Counted from the stretch's first letter, positions 6,073 to 15,132 are shown. The stretch: 21,872 nt of DNA from a virus (IMGVR_UViG_2609459856_000011:1-21872); one strand, 5' to 3'. A program made the numbers and translations. Notes: generated from the sequence alone by a model not told the origin.

Positions 6073-8898
6073 ATGACGGCAGAGCACATCAGGGACTGGC
6101 AACAACCGCGCCACGCAGTGGGGCGTGAAGGAACGGGGATCCCCGCTCCTGAATCCGCGCTTTCCTCCTGGCTGGATGCCTACCGGGCAGAGAACGAGCG
6201 CCGCAAGGAAATGGCTGATGCGGCGTTCTCCGCCACGCCGCTGGGCAACCTGATTAATAAAAGCCTGGACGCACAGGAAAAACAGGACAAAACCATCACA
6301 CTGGCAGGAGACGCCAGAAAACAGGCACGCGGCGCAGTGGATGAAGCCATGGCCTCGCTGCGCCTGCTGCCGTCCTATCTGCGCGATCCGCTTATTCGCC
6401 ACCTCTCCTTCCTGCGCAAAAAACAGGAAGCCGATCGCCGGAAAGGCAAAAAGAGCTGGCAGGCGGAACGCTATGCACGCGGAACCCTGCGCAAAATATT
6501 CGAACGTCTGGACCGCACCGATCACCGCTGGCTGACACCGGGTTATCGCTCCCTTGCCGGACGCGAACGCCTGGACGATTTGCTTTACCTGCCGCAGCTC
6601 AACAAACACCAGATACAGACGCTGGCCACCATGACGGCGGCGATGTTCAGCAGCACCTTCGAAAAACTCTGCGATGGCTTTGGCGCGACCGATGGCGAGC
6701 TGACCATGGATGTAACGCTGAAGGCGTATCAGATGCTGGCCCGCATGGCGTTACACCTGCACGCCATGCCTCCACATTATGACGCACTGACAACAGACAA
6801 AGACCGGAGGAACGAACCAGACACGGAGCTGCTGCCGGGCGCAATCCTTCGCCTGACCTGTGCGGAATGGTGGAAACGCAAACTGTGGCTGTTACGTTGC
6901 GAGTGGAGAGAAGAACAACTCCGCGCCGCCTGTCTGGTTTCCAGAAAAACATCACCCTATCTGAGCCAGGACGCGTTAAGCGAGTTTCGCGCACAGCGCG
7001 AGAAAACACGCAATTTTCTGAAAAGTTTCATGCTGGAAAACGAAGACGGGTTCACGATTGATCTCGAGACAGTGTATTACGCGGGAGTAAGTAACCCGGT
7101 TCACCGTAGGGCAGAAATGATGGCCACCATGAAGGGACTGGAACTTCTGGCCGAAGCCCGTGGCGACAAAGCGGTGTTTCTGACTGTCACCTGCCCGTCA
7201 AAATACCACGCAACAACGGAGAACGGTCATCCGAACCCCAAATGGAACGGGGCCACCATGCGCGACTCCAGCGATTACCTGGTTAACACGTTTTTTGCGG
7301 CGGTCCGCAAAAAACTGAACCGCGACGGCCTGCGCTGGTATGGCATCCGCACGGTGGAGCCTCACCATGACGGAACCGTGCACTGGCATATGATGGTCTT
7401 TGCCCATCCGGAAGAAATCGACACCATTGTGTCCCACACCCGCGATATTGCCATTCAGGAAGATCGTCACGAGCTGGGCGATGATATTACTCCGCGCTTT
7501 AAGGCGGAGTATGTAGACGGCTCAAAAGGCACGCCAACCAGCTACATCGCCACCTACATCGGAAAGAACCTGGACAGCCGCGCCGTGGATGGCATCGACC
7601 CGAAAACGGGCAAGCCACGCGTTGACCACGAAACAGGAAAATCAATGGCCGAGAGCGTGGAGCGCGCCATCGGCTGGGCGCGCCTTCACCGGGTCCGCCA
7701 GTTCCAGTTCTTTGGCATTCCCTCCCGTCAGGTGTGGCGTGAACTCCGCCGCCTTGCCAGCCAGATGGCACGCAACCCGGAGGGCCCGCAACGGCTGAAG
7801 GATGACGCAATGGATGCGGTTCTTGCTGCCGCTGATGCCGGGTGTTTTGCCACCTACATTGAAAAACAGGGTGGCGTACTTGTTCCGCGCAAGGACTACC
7901 TGATTCGCACAGCCTACGACCTCGCAGATGAGCTGAACGATTACGGCGAACAGAGTGTACAGATTTACGGGATCTGGTCGCCACTCATCGGGGAATCCTC
8001 CCGTGTGTGCACGCACCCGGATAACTGGAAGCTGGTAAGACGTAAACCGGAAGCGGAAGACAGCACCCACGAAAATGGTTTTGACCTTCAGGGCGGCCCT
8101 GCCGCCCCTTGGACTCGTGGCAATAACTGTCCCCGTGTACAGGAAACGGACAACAACGGGACAGAACAGCCGGAAGAACGGCCAGCACCGTGGCCGCAGC
8201 TCCCTGACGGCGTTGAAGTGAACGAATGGATGCGCTCACTGAAACGGCACGAACGCCGAGCGCTGATGCGTTCGCTGCGTGACAAACAGGCAAAAAACAG
8301 CAGTGATGAAACGCAGAACTGGACACAGAGCCGCAAACAGCCACGGCCTTTGCCTGATAACCACGAGTTACTCGCTAAAGAATGGCGGGAGGCTGCCGAA
8401 TCTCTCGGCCTGCATATCGGTGAACAGCAGATGCAGCACCTGTTACGGGGCGGCACTCTGTACGTTGACGGTAGCATCATTGCACCGCAGGGATTTGAAA
8501 TTGTACGCAAACCGGATACCCGCCCGGACAGCCGAATCACGCAGCTCTGGCAGCGCCTGAGCCGTAATCACGGCGTAAGCAGCACGGAGATCCGCCATAA
8601 CCCGGTCGCCAGCTATCTGGAGCAGCTCGGGGCATCAGACCCCGAAGCCGCCGCACGCCTAGCATCCACAATTCAGCAGGACCAGAACACCATGAAAACT
8701 CCCGTTACCGTGCTTTCTGACATGCTGCGCGCCATCCGTGACGCAGAGCACGCACAAAGAATCAATGAAACCACTGAACGCGCCCGCCGCAAGGCTACTT
8801 TGCTCCAAAAGAGAGGCAAACAGCACTTTAGTAATCAAAATGATGATGAGAAAAAACAATTACAAAGTTGGATATGCCTTTTCCATCATGAGGGATGA
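6073..8898 (+). CDS. A: Replication initiation endonuclease, P2 gpA-like (HUH rolling-circle initiator)
   Basis: 941-aa ORF. Contains an HUH motif (TVHWHMMVFAHPEE) and a downstream paired-tyrosine motif (SYIATYIGKNLD), as in P2 A-family nicking proteins. Position after the early ORFs and before the late genes fits P2 synteny. Start codon and the long C-terminal tail are uncertain. Confidence 0.85.
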   Translation: MTAEHIRDWQQPRHAVGREGTGIPAPESALSSWLDAYRAENERRKEMADAAFSATPLGNLINKSLDAQEKQDKTITLAGDARKQARGAVDEAMASLRLLPSYLRDPLIRHLSFLRKKQEADRRKGKKSWQAERYARGTLRKIFERLDRTDHRWLTPGYRSLAGRERLDDLLYLPQLNKHQIQTLATMTAAMFSSTFEKLCDGFGATDGELTMDVTLKAYQMLARMALHLHAMPPHYDALTTDKDRRNEPDTELLPGAILRLTCAEWWKRKLWLLRCEWREEQLRAACLVSRKTSPYLSQDALSEFRAQREKTRNFLKSFMLENEDGFTIDLETVYYAGVSNPVHRRAEMMATMKGLELLAEARGDKAVFLTVTCPSKYHATTENGHPNPKWNGATMRDSSDYLVNTFFAAVRKKLNRDGLRWYGIRTVEPHHDGTVHWHMMVFAHPEEIDTIVSHTRDIAIQEDRHELGDDITPRFKAEYVDGSKGTPTSYIATYIGKNLDSRAVDGIDPKTGKPRVDHETGKSMAESVERAIGWARLHRVRQFQFFGIPSRQVWRELRRLASQMARNPEGPQRLKDDAMDAVLAAADAGCFATYIEKQGGVLVPRKDYLIRTAYDLADELNDYGEQSVQIYGIWSPLIGESSRVCTHPDNWKLVRRKPEAEDSTHENGFDLQGGPAAPWTRGNNCPRVQETDNNGTEQPEERPAPWPQLPDGVEVNEWMRSLKRHERRALMRSLRDKQAKNSSDETQNWTQSRKQPRPLPDNHELLAKEWREAAESLGLHIGEQQMQHLLRGGTLYVDGSIIAPQGFEIVRKPDTRPDSRITQLWQRLSRNHGVSSTEIRHNPVASYLEQLGASDPEAAARLASTIQQDQNTMKTPVTVLSDMLRAIRDAEHAQRINETTERARRKATLLQKRGKQHFSNQNDDEKKQLQSWICLFHHEG

Positions 8899-8920
8899 GA
8901 TGTGAATCGCTAACCGAATA

Positions 8921-8995
8921 TTGTGTTGAATAGAATGCAATTGATATAATTCCCCTTAATTCATTGAAAACTGGATTTTTTGCATAACTATGCAA
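8921..8995 (+). promoter_or_regulatory. Putative promoter and palindromic operator upstream of the methyltransferase-ATPase cargo operon
   Basis: AT-rich intergenic region. TTGTGT (8921..8926), 18-bp spacer, perfect TATAAT (8945..8950). Downstream is an 8-2-8 perfect palindrome TTTGCATA-AC-TATGCAAA (8978..8995), preceded by TTGAAA at 8964..8969. Confidence 0.35.
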
Positions 8996-9083
8996 ATATC
9001 TATGGACGGCGACGATGTTTTTTATCGGGAAAACTCAAGTGCCATGTTAAGATTATGTTTATTTTTTACTGAGAAAATCGTGG

Positions 9084-9929
9084 ATGACAAAGCCTTCTCA
9101 TTTTAGAACCCCTCTTCGTTATCCGGGAGGTAAGGCAAAATTCTTGCCACATATTGAACAAATACTCCGCAACAATGATCTCATTGGTGGAAGTTATGCT
9201 GAACCTTATGCAGGTGGAGCCGGTGTAGCATTAGGTTTGCTCCTTAACGGTCTTGTTGAAAATATCTTCATAAATGATATTGATCCTGCCCTTTATTCTT
9301 TTTGGTTTGCAGTGGTTAATCATAACGATCTGTTATGTGAAATGATTGATGAAGTTCCTGTGACTATTGAAAATTGGCATACTCAAAAGGAGATACTCCT
9401 AAACAATGATAAATATAGTATGCTTGAAGTCGCATTATCTACTTTCTTTTTAAATAGAACAAACCGTTCAGGAATACTTAAGGCTGGCGTTATTGGAGGG
9501 AAAGAACAAAAAGGACCATGGAAGTTAGATGCAAGATTCAACAAAAAAGAGTTAATTAAAAGGATTGAACTAATTGGTGCATATAAGGAGAAAATTTACG
9601 TATCGAATTTTGATGCTGTAGATTTTCTGCTACACCAAAAAGCATTGCTACCCCAAAATAGTCTAATATATCTTGATCCACCTTATTATGTTAAAGGAGC
9701 AGAGTTATATAGAAATTTTTATAAACATGATGATCATGTAAAAATTGCTAATACACTACGGGAAATTCAACTACCTTGGGTTGTGTCTTATGACAATGTG
9801 CCTGAAATAAAAAGCATATATCATGAATTCAACATGACTGATTATACGCTTAATTATACTGCACAAGATAAGAAAAAAGGTCTAGAAATTATCATTTATA
9901 ATCATGGTATAAAAATCCCTGACATTTAA
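9084..9929 (+). CDS. DNA N6-adenine methyltransferase, D12 class (Dam-like)
   Basis: 281-aa ORF. N-terminal GGK motif (LRYPGGKAKFL), AdoMet-binding motif I (AEPYAGGAGVAL, the EPFxGxG type) and catalytic motif IV DPPY (IYLDPPYYV), in the order typical of Dam-family enzymes. Strongly AT-rich relative to the flanking phage genes. Confidence 0.85.
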   Translation: MTKPSHFRTPLRYPGGKAKFLPHIEQILRNNDLIGGSYAEPYAGGAGVALGLLLNGLVENIFINDIDPALYSFWFAVVNHNDLLCEMIDEVPVTIENWHTQKEILLNNDKYSMLEVALSTFFLNRTNRSGILKAGVIGGKEQKGPWKLDARFNKKELIKRIELIGAYKEKIYVSNFDAVDFLLHQKALLPQNSLIYLDPPYYVKGAELYRNFYKHDDHVKIANTLREIQLPWVVSYDNVPEIKSIYHEFNMTDYTLNYTAQDKKKGLEIIIYNHGIKIPDI

Positions 9930-9946
9930 ATTTAAGGATGATATAG

Positions 9947-11644
9947 ATGATTAAAGAAATTAGTTTTAAAAAATTTAAGAAACTGATAGATATTGACTTC
10001 TCATTCAATGAAGATATCAATATAATATCAGGAACCAATGGGACATGTAAGACAACATTGCTTCATTTAATTAGCAATGGTTTCCAAATGCCACCATCTC
10101 GATCACAAAATTATTCAAATAGTAATTGTGTTAGAGTTATAAAATCTATAAACAAAATAGCCAACCCCAAAATGGAAGCAATTGTTAGGGAATCAAAAAA
10201 TTACACCGATCCGGCAGAGGGAACAAAAGGTGTGTTATTTTCTATTAACTATTTGGATCATAGCACACTAGACTTCAGAAAGCACAACTCAAAAAATCCA
10301 GACGAAGCGCAACGGTATGCTATCAAACCAGTATACCCACGCGGAAAAGAAAAACAATCACTTCCAGCTAAACCAGTTTTATATCTTGGATTATCGCGAC
10401 TATTCCCGATTGGTGAAACTAAAGACGACGCCCTTACAAAAATTCCGTTAAACCTACCAGAAGAGTATGTTGGTTATATATCGAAAATATATAATGAACT
10501 TTTGGGCATTAATATTATAAATATAGAATCAAACAATATCGGAGATTTTAAAGCTGGCCCATTATTTGATACCGATAACCCAGCAATTGATTCTAATACC
10601 ATATCATCCGGGGAAGACAATATATTCATTATAATCAAGGCATTAGTTAGCCTTAGGTATTATTTTGAATCACTTATTCAATCCACTGATCAAAAAGAAA
10701 GCATTCTGTTAATAGATGAATTTGATGCCACTTTACATCCTTCTTTACAAATAAGGTTATTAGATAAAATTTATCAATACGCAAAAGATTATAAGATTCA
10801 AGTATTTTTCACAACGCACAGTCTAACATTGCTAGAATATGCTTTTCATAAAAAATACCATGTTGTCTATCTAATTAACAATATTACAAAGGCTCTGCTT
10901 TTGGATAATCCTGATATATTAAAAATAACAATGTATCTGAAAACACAAACAAAGGATGAGATATACACAAGGAACAAGATACCAGTTTTCACGGAAGATG
11001 AAGAAGCTCGCTTTTTATTTAATGAAATACTTGGTTATTGGATAAGCAAATATCCAAATTTTGCTATAGTTAGTAATTCATTTCACTTAATTGATTGTTT
11101 CATTGGTGCAGACAATTTAAAAACTATTTTTAATGATTCTCATCTTAAGGAAACCTCGTTAAAATCAATTTGTATTCTTGATGGAGATCACAGCCCTGAG
11201 GATCAGAGAGGAATTATATCACTGCCGGGTGAAAAAGCTCCAGAACAATTGATATTTGAGCATTGTGAGCACCTTTATAATACCGACGACTCTTCCTTCT
11301 GGGAAAATCAGGATATAATTAACAATGGTTTTTCGAAAGAGTTATACTTACTCAAGATACGTCCTCAATTACAATCAATTGAAACTGAAATTCAGAAAAG
11401 AAAAGACAACCATGAGTCTACATCCGGTTTAAGAAGAAAATTAAATAAGAAAATATTCAATCAGCATATTGAATTCTTTAGAATGATTACAAGAAACTGG
11501 TTAGACAAACCAGAAAATCAGAAATCTCTCCAGTATTTTTACAATGGATTACGATCCTTATTCTACCGGGTTACACCAACAAACGGCATTGACAGAAAAA
11601 TTTGGGATTTTGACTATAACAAAATCATTAAAGAGGATAAATAA
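9947..11644 (+). CDS. OLD-family-like ABC-type ATPase with a putative C-terminal TOPRIM nuclease domain
   Basis: 565-aa ORF 17 nt downstream of the methyltransferase. Walker A (SGTNGTCKTTLL), ABC-signature-like SSGEDN, Walker B plus D-loop (ILLIDEFDATLHPS), H-loop (FFTTHS). C-terminal half has an acidic strand motif (IPVFTEDEEARF) and a DxD motif (ICILDGDHSPED), which fit a TOPRIM fold. Same AT-rich composition as the methyltransferase. Confidence 0.7.
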   Translation: MIKEISFKKFKKLIDIDFSFNEDINIISGTNGTCKTTLLHLISNGFQMPPSRSQNYSNSNCVRVIKSINKIANPKMEAIVRESKNYTDPAEGTKGVLFSINYLDHSTLDFRKHNSKNPDEAQRYAIKPVYPRGKEKQSLPAKPVLYLGLSRLFPIGETKDDALTKIPLNLPEEYVGYISKIYNELLGINIINIESNNIGDFKAGPLFDTDNPAIDSNTISSGEDNIFIIIKALVSLRYYFESLIQSTDQKESILLIDEFDATLHPSLQIRLLDKIYQYAKDYKIQVFFTTHSLTLLEYAFHKKYHVVYLINNITKALLLDNPDILKITMYLKTQTKDEIYTRNKIPVFTEDEEARFLFNEILGYWISKYPNFAIVSNSFHLIDCFIGADNLKTIFNDSHLKETSLKSICILDGDHSPEDQRGIISLPGEKAPEQLIFEHCEHLYNTDDSSFWENQDIINNGFSKELYLLKIRPQLQSIETEIQKRKDNHESTSGLRRKLNKKIFNQHIEFFRMITRNWLDKPENQKSLQYFYNGLRSLFYRVTPTNGIDRKIWDFDYNKIIKEDK

Positions 11645-11720
11645 TGTATTCTAATAGAATATAAACATCAAAGCTATATTTTTTACACATATCAAGAGTA
11701 AAAAATAATTTAACTTTTAC

Positions 11721-11760
11721 ATAACGACCTCTTTTACAAATAAGTAGAAAAGGTCGTTAT
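11721..11760. terminator. Putative stem-loop or terminator downstream of the cargo operon
   Basis: Inverted repeat ataacgacctctttt / aaaaggtcgttat with a 12-nt loop, about 80 nt after the ATPase stop. No clean T-tract follows the stem, so terminator function is uncertain. Confidence 0.3.
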
Positions 11761-11883
11761 AACTCTCATCTCCATTGCATGTAATTTTCTTTGCATATTT
11801 TCACATAACAGTCAGGAATGTATTTATAAGCAACGTCGTATACATAGGCTCAATTTTTCTATAAATAAGCACTCCGTTCGGTT

Positions 11884-11910
11884 TGCACAATAGTGCACAA
11901 ATTTGCACAA
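11884..11910. repeat. Three perfect TGCACAA heptamers at exact 10-bp spacing, followed by a T7 run
   Basis: gttTGCACAAtagTGCACAAattTGCACAAttttttt; copies start at 11884, 11894 and 11904. Lies in the intergenic region between the cargo operon and the portal gene, where the cos site is expected. Confidence 0.6.
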
Positions 11911-12276
11911 TTTTTTTGAACGACTTTTTGCCCTTCCGGCCCGCATGGCGGCTGGATCCGTCAAGGATCCGTGCGTGCACAAAAAAACGCGTTTTTTCTG
12001 CGCGCAGGTGACGGGGGAACAGCCCGCGTTTCAGGGGGTAAATAGCATCCCCTGAATGATGTCGCAGCGACACAACAGAATGGCTGTCTTTCTCACGCTG
12101 AGCGTGAAGAATACGTGAGTGATTCTGATTTGATGGAGTGAAAGGTAAGGCCGTCAAAATCGCACTGAGGCGGCGAGAACATGCAGTCAGCGCAGTGGGA
12201 TTGCGTAAGAGTCTGACCGTCGATGATGGCAATAAGCAGGAAAGCGTCGTGAAATTATCTGACTGATACAGGAGCT

Positions 12277-12301
12277 GGAGAGTCGGGGCATAAATTTTTT
12301 A
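12277..12301. other. Perfect hairpin next to the portal gene 3' end, in the putative cos region
   Basis: GGGGCATAAA-ttt-TTTATGCCCC (10-bp arms), 34 nt from the portal stop, followed by a GC-rich segment ggcgaagcagcagacaagcgaagcgcgtcagg. Confidence 0.5.
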
Positions 12302-12334
12302 TGCCCCGGCGAAGCAGCAGACAAGCGAAGCGCG

Positions 12335-13381
12335 TCAGGATGTGGGCTGGGTATCTAACAGTGCGTAAGGGTTAAAGCGGATCACCTCTTCGCCAAGCCA
12401 GTCATTGATGTGCTTCATGGCCTCCATGACGGGCATCAGCTCGTTAATTGCGTAAACCCGCGCGGCCTTCTCCACATCACCAAACGCACTTTTTTCGCCC
12501 GGCATCGCCCCCATCAGTTGCGGCGGAACGCGGTGCGCAGCCAGCACATCATCACGGGATGCCGCCTTAACATTCATGAACTCATCTTTTGCGGTGATCT
12601 GCTGGAACGGCAAAATTTGCACCCCCTCTTTGCCCCCGTTGGGCGCATGAATGAGCACGTTTTTAAACGCACCACCACCACGTGCCCCCTGTAGCGTTTC
12701 TTTCAGGGAGTCCATGCTTTCGCGGTTTACCTGCGCTGCACCGATGTAGATGATGCACCCGGCGTGGGATCCGTTGTCATAGTACAGTTTTCTGAACATG
12801 TCCGCCGAATGAGAAAGGCTGGCCGAGAGTAATGCGCCAAGATATTCCGGCATGCCGTAGATTTCCTGGTTAATATCCGGATTCATCAGGTGGCACACTT
12901 TGCCAGGACGAAACTGGAACTCGTCCTTGCCATCCTGCACATACCACCATGATTCAAGATCGCTTCCGCGTCGCATGTATTTCGCCAGGGCGTGCCGTAA
13001 TTTAAGCGGTTCGCCGAGCATATTGCTTCGAAGCTCAAGGAATGCGTTACCGAACACAAACCAGTCCAGCGCCAGCGCCGAGAAATCCTGCCGGGAAAGC
13101 AGCGGGTGCGGGATGTAGCAACCGAGTAATACATTGCGCTTAAAGTAAAGCGCAGACTGATGCCAGGACGTTTGCCGGGCAGCTCTTGCCAGACCGTACC
13201 AGTCCACCGGGGTTTCATACCACCGCCCGTTATCAGCACAGTACATATTATCCAGCAGGTCATGCCAGGTCAGGCGATAAGGACCATCAAATGTGAATGC
13301 ACTGAGCGATGATTCTTTCCTGAGCGCATCAGCGAGATCAATGCGTGAACTCATGCGCACTTTTTTATTTTTTCTGCTCAT
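12335..13381 (-). CDS. Q: Portal (capsid portal) protein, P2 gpQ-like
   Basis: 348-aa ORF, leftward, sharing an ATGA overlap with the large terminase gene. Size and Q-P leftward / O-N-M-L rightward arrangement match P2. An alternative start exists at the tenth codon. Confidence 0.85.
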   Translation of the reverse strand: MSRKNKKVRMSSRIDLADALRKESSLSAFTFDGPYRLTWHDLLDNMYCADNGRWYETPVDWYGLARAARQTSWHQSALYFKRNVLLGCYIPHPLLSRQDFSALALDWFVFGNAFLELRSNMLGEPLKLRHALAKYMRRGSDLESWWYVQDGKDEFQFRPGKVCHLMNPDINQEIYGMPEYLGALLSASLSHSADMFRKLYYDNGSHAGCIIYIGAAQVNRESMDSLKETLQGARGGGAFKNVLIHAPNGGKEGVQILPFQQITAKDEFMNVKAASRDDVLAAHRVPPQLMGAMPGEKSAFGDVEKAARVYAINELMPVMEAMKHINDWLGEEVIRFNPYALLDTQPTS

Positions 13382-15132
13382 CAGAACTCCATAACCGTGA
13401 AACGCTCGTTTTCTCCTTCGCCGCCAATCGGTTCGTTAATGACAGCAAGCATGGTTGCCCACGCAAGGTCGCCGTGGCTGATCCCCCTCGCTCGGTCCGT
13501 TTCGTAAGTGATAAAGCCGCCCGGTGTTTTCACCTTACGCACGGCGTTAAAGGCCGCGACCAGCTCGCGTTCGGCGCGATCGTATTCCCACCGCCCGGCA
13601 CGCATTATTTGCAGCATTTTCAGTACCAGCGACCGTTTTGATGACAGCGTGAAGGTGTACGGAATAGCAGCAGGGAAAAACCGCTTCACTATCTGATAAA
13701 CAGCCTCCCCGTTCCCGCCCGTCACATCAATGCCGATGTGTTCCACGTTGTAGCGATACGTGAACTCTTCAATGACTCTGGCCTGTTCTTCAAACTCCAG
13801 CCCCTGAACGCGTCGCGTCTCCACCGTTCGAAAACGGCCACCAGGAACAGCCGGAGGAACCACCACGGACACAGCGCCGCTGTCGCCGTTGCCACTACTG
13901 CCGTTTGCGTCATACCCAATCCATACCGGACGATTCCCCATCGGGCGGGGAGCAAAAGGTTTCCAGTCTTTCCAGTCGTCGTATCCGTCAACACCGCAGC
14001 CAATCAGGATATTCAGGTTAAATGCCGATTCCCCTTCGCGGACAAACTCACACATATAGAGATTGAGGAACTCGTCTTCGGTGTTTTCATCACGAATTTC
14101 GTCGATATCGGTGTGTTTCCAGCCGTGATTAACCACATCTTCCAGCGTGACAATTTGCCGCCACGTCCGGTCAGGGCAGATAAGCCCGTTATGCAGCGTT
14201 TTCCAGTCCACAGAAAAACGCTGGCGTTTATGCGAGGCCTTTTTCTCGTTCCAGCGGTCGCCGTTCCAGTAGGCGTATGCCTCGTGCGTTTCGGTGGATG
14301 GCGTGGAGAAGTAGGTGCGCCGCAGTCCGCTGAGGGTTGCCATAGCGCCAGCCACCTTGCGCAGTTCAGCAAAGCGACTGACCCAGAAAAATTCATCAAA
14401 ATAAAAATTGCCCGTATAGGACTGTGCCGACGCAGCAGAAGTGCCGAGAAAATGCAGCTCTGCGCCGTTTGAGAGGATGATTTTATCGCCCCCTTTCAGC
14501 TCCACATCAACTTCAGCCGCGGCCTTCTGAATAATGCTTTTAAACTGGAACGCCTGACGACGCGACGCAGACAAAAAAATCTGGTTACGCTGGTAAGGTT
14601 GTGCCACATCGTCACGCAGCGCCATCAGCAGTGCTTCCTGTGCAAAATACCAGGTCGCCCCAATCTGTCGGGATTTCAGGATCATCCTGTTACGTATCCC
14701 GGCTTCCCTGCAAAGGGTCAGGGAGTCAAACCAGCCCCGCTGATGCCACTCCAGCCTGCTGATGATTTTTTCCCGCAGTGCGGCAATCTGTTCCGGCGTG
14801 AAATGATTTTTGAGTTTTTTCACCCGGCCTTTCTTTCCTGCGGCCATTACATCCGGCTGGCCATCATGCAGCTTTTTAAGCTGCCGGGTCAGCAGGTCTA
14901 TTTCCTTAAAGTCACCGCCTGTTTTATTCTGTTTTTCAGTAAGCTGGATGAGGCGCGCATCGATGGACTGCGTGACACGCTGCACGGGTGGCGTTTCATC
15001 CCACTGGTCGCGTTTTTTCCACGCATAAATCGTGTTCGGGTTTATTCCCATCAGACGTGATATTTCTGCGGGCGGATAACCCTGCCAGTAAAGTTGCCGC
15101 GCACGCTGGCGCACAAAAGCGTCCTGAATCAT
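13381..15132 (-). CDS. P: Terminase large (ATPase) subunit, P2 gpP-like
   Basis: 583-aa ORF divergent from the scaffold gene. N-terminal HTH-like segment (GYPPAEISRLMGINPNTIYAWKKR), then ATPase region (ILKSRQIGATWYFAQEALLMAL). Length close to P2 P (about 590 aa). Confidence 0.9.
   Translation of the reverse strand: MIQDAFVRQRARQLYWQGYPPAEISRLMGINPNTIYAWKKRDQWDETPPVQRVTQSIDARLIQLTEKQNKTGGDFKEIDLLTRQLKKLHDGQPDVMAAGKKGRVKKLKNHFTPEQIAALREKIISRLEWHQRGWFDSLTLCREAGIRNRMILKSRQIGATWYFAQEALLMALRDDVAQPYQRNQIFLSASRRQAFQFKSIIQKAAAEVDVELKGGDKIILSNGAELHFLGTSAASAQSYTGNFYFDEFFWVSRFAELRKVAGAMATLSGLRRTYFSTPSTETHEAYAYWNGDRWNEKKASHKRQRFSVDWKTLHNGLICPDRTWRQIVTLEDVVNHGWKHTDIDEIRDENTEDEFLNLYMCEFVREGESAFNLNILIGCGVDGYDDWKDWKPFAPRPMGNRPVWIGYDANGSSGNGDSGAVSVVVPPAVPGGRFRTVETRRVQGLEFEEQARVIEEFTYRYNVEHIGIDVTGGNGEAVYQIVKRFFPAAIPYTFTLSSKRSLVLKMLQIMRAGRWEYDRAERELVAAFNAVRKVKTPGGFITYETDRARGISHGDLAWATMLAVINEPIGGEGENERFTVMEF

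Noticed and set aside
5536-6609. 357-aa minus-strand ORF
   Set aside because: Lies antisense across the 5701..6066 gene and the 5' part of the replication gene A. Low-complexity, Ala/Gly/Arg-rich translation typical of a spurious ORF on the opposite strand of GC-rich coding sequence.
7499-8540. Several minus-strand ORFs of 119 to 161 aa inside gene A
   Set aside because: All are antisense to the well-supported replication protein and have Arg/Cys/Pro-rich low-complexity translations.
11801-12232. 143-aa minus-strand ORF in the cos-proximal intergenic region
   Set aside because: Spans the TGCACAA repeat array and hairpins; translation is Arg/Ser/Leu-rich with no plausible start context. Region is more likely non-coding cos/packaging DNA.
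13738-14472. 244-aa plus-strand ORF
   Set aside because: Antisense within the large terminase gene; translation is Arg/Pro/Val-rich junk.
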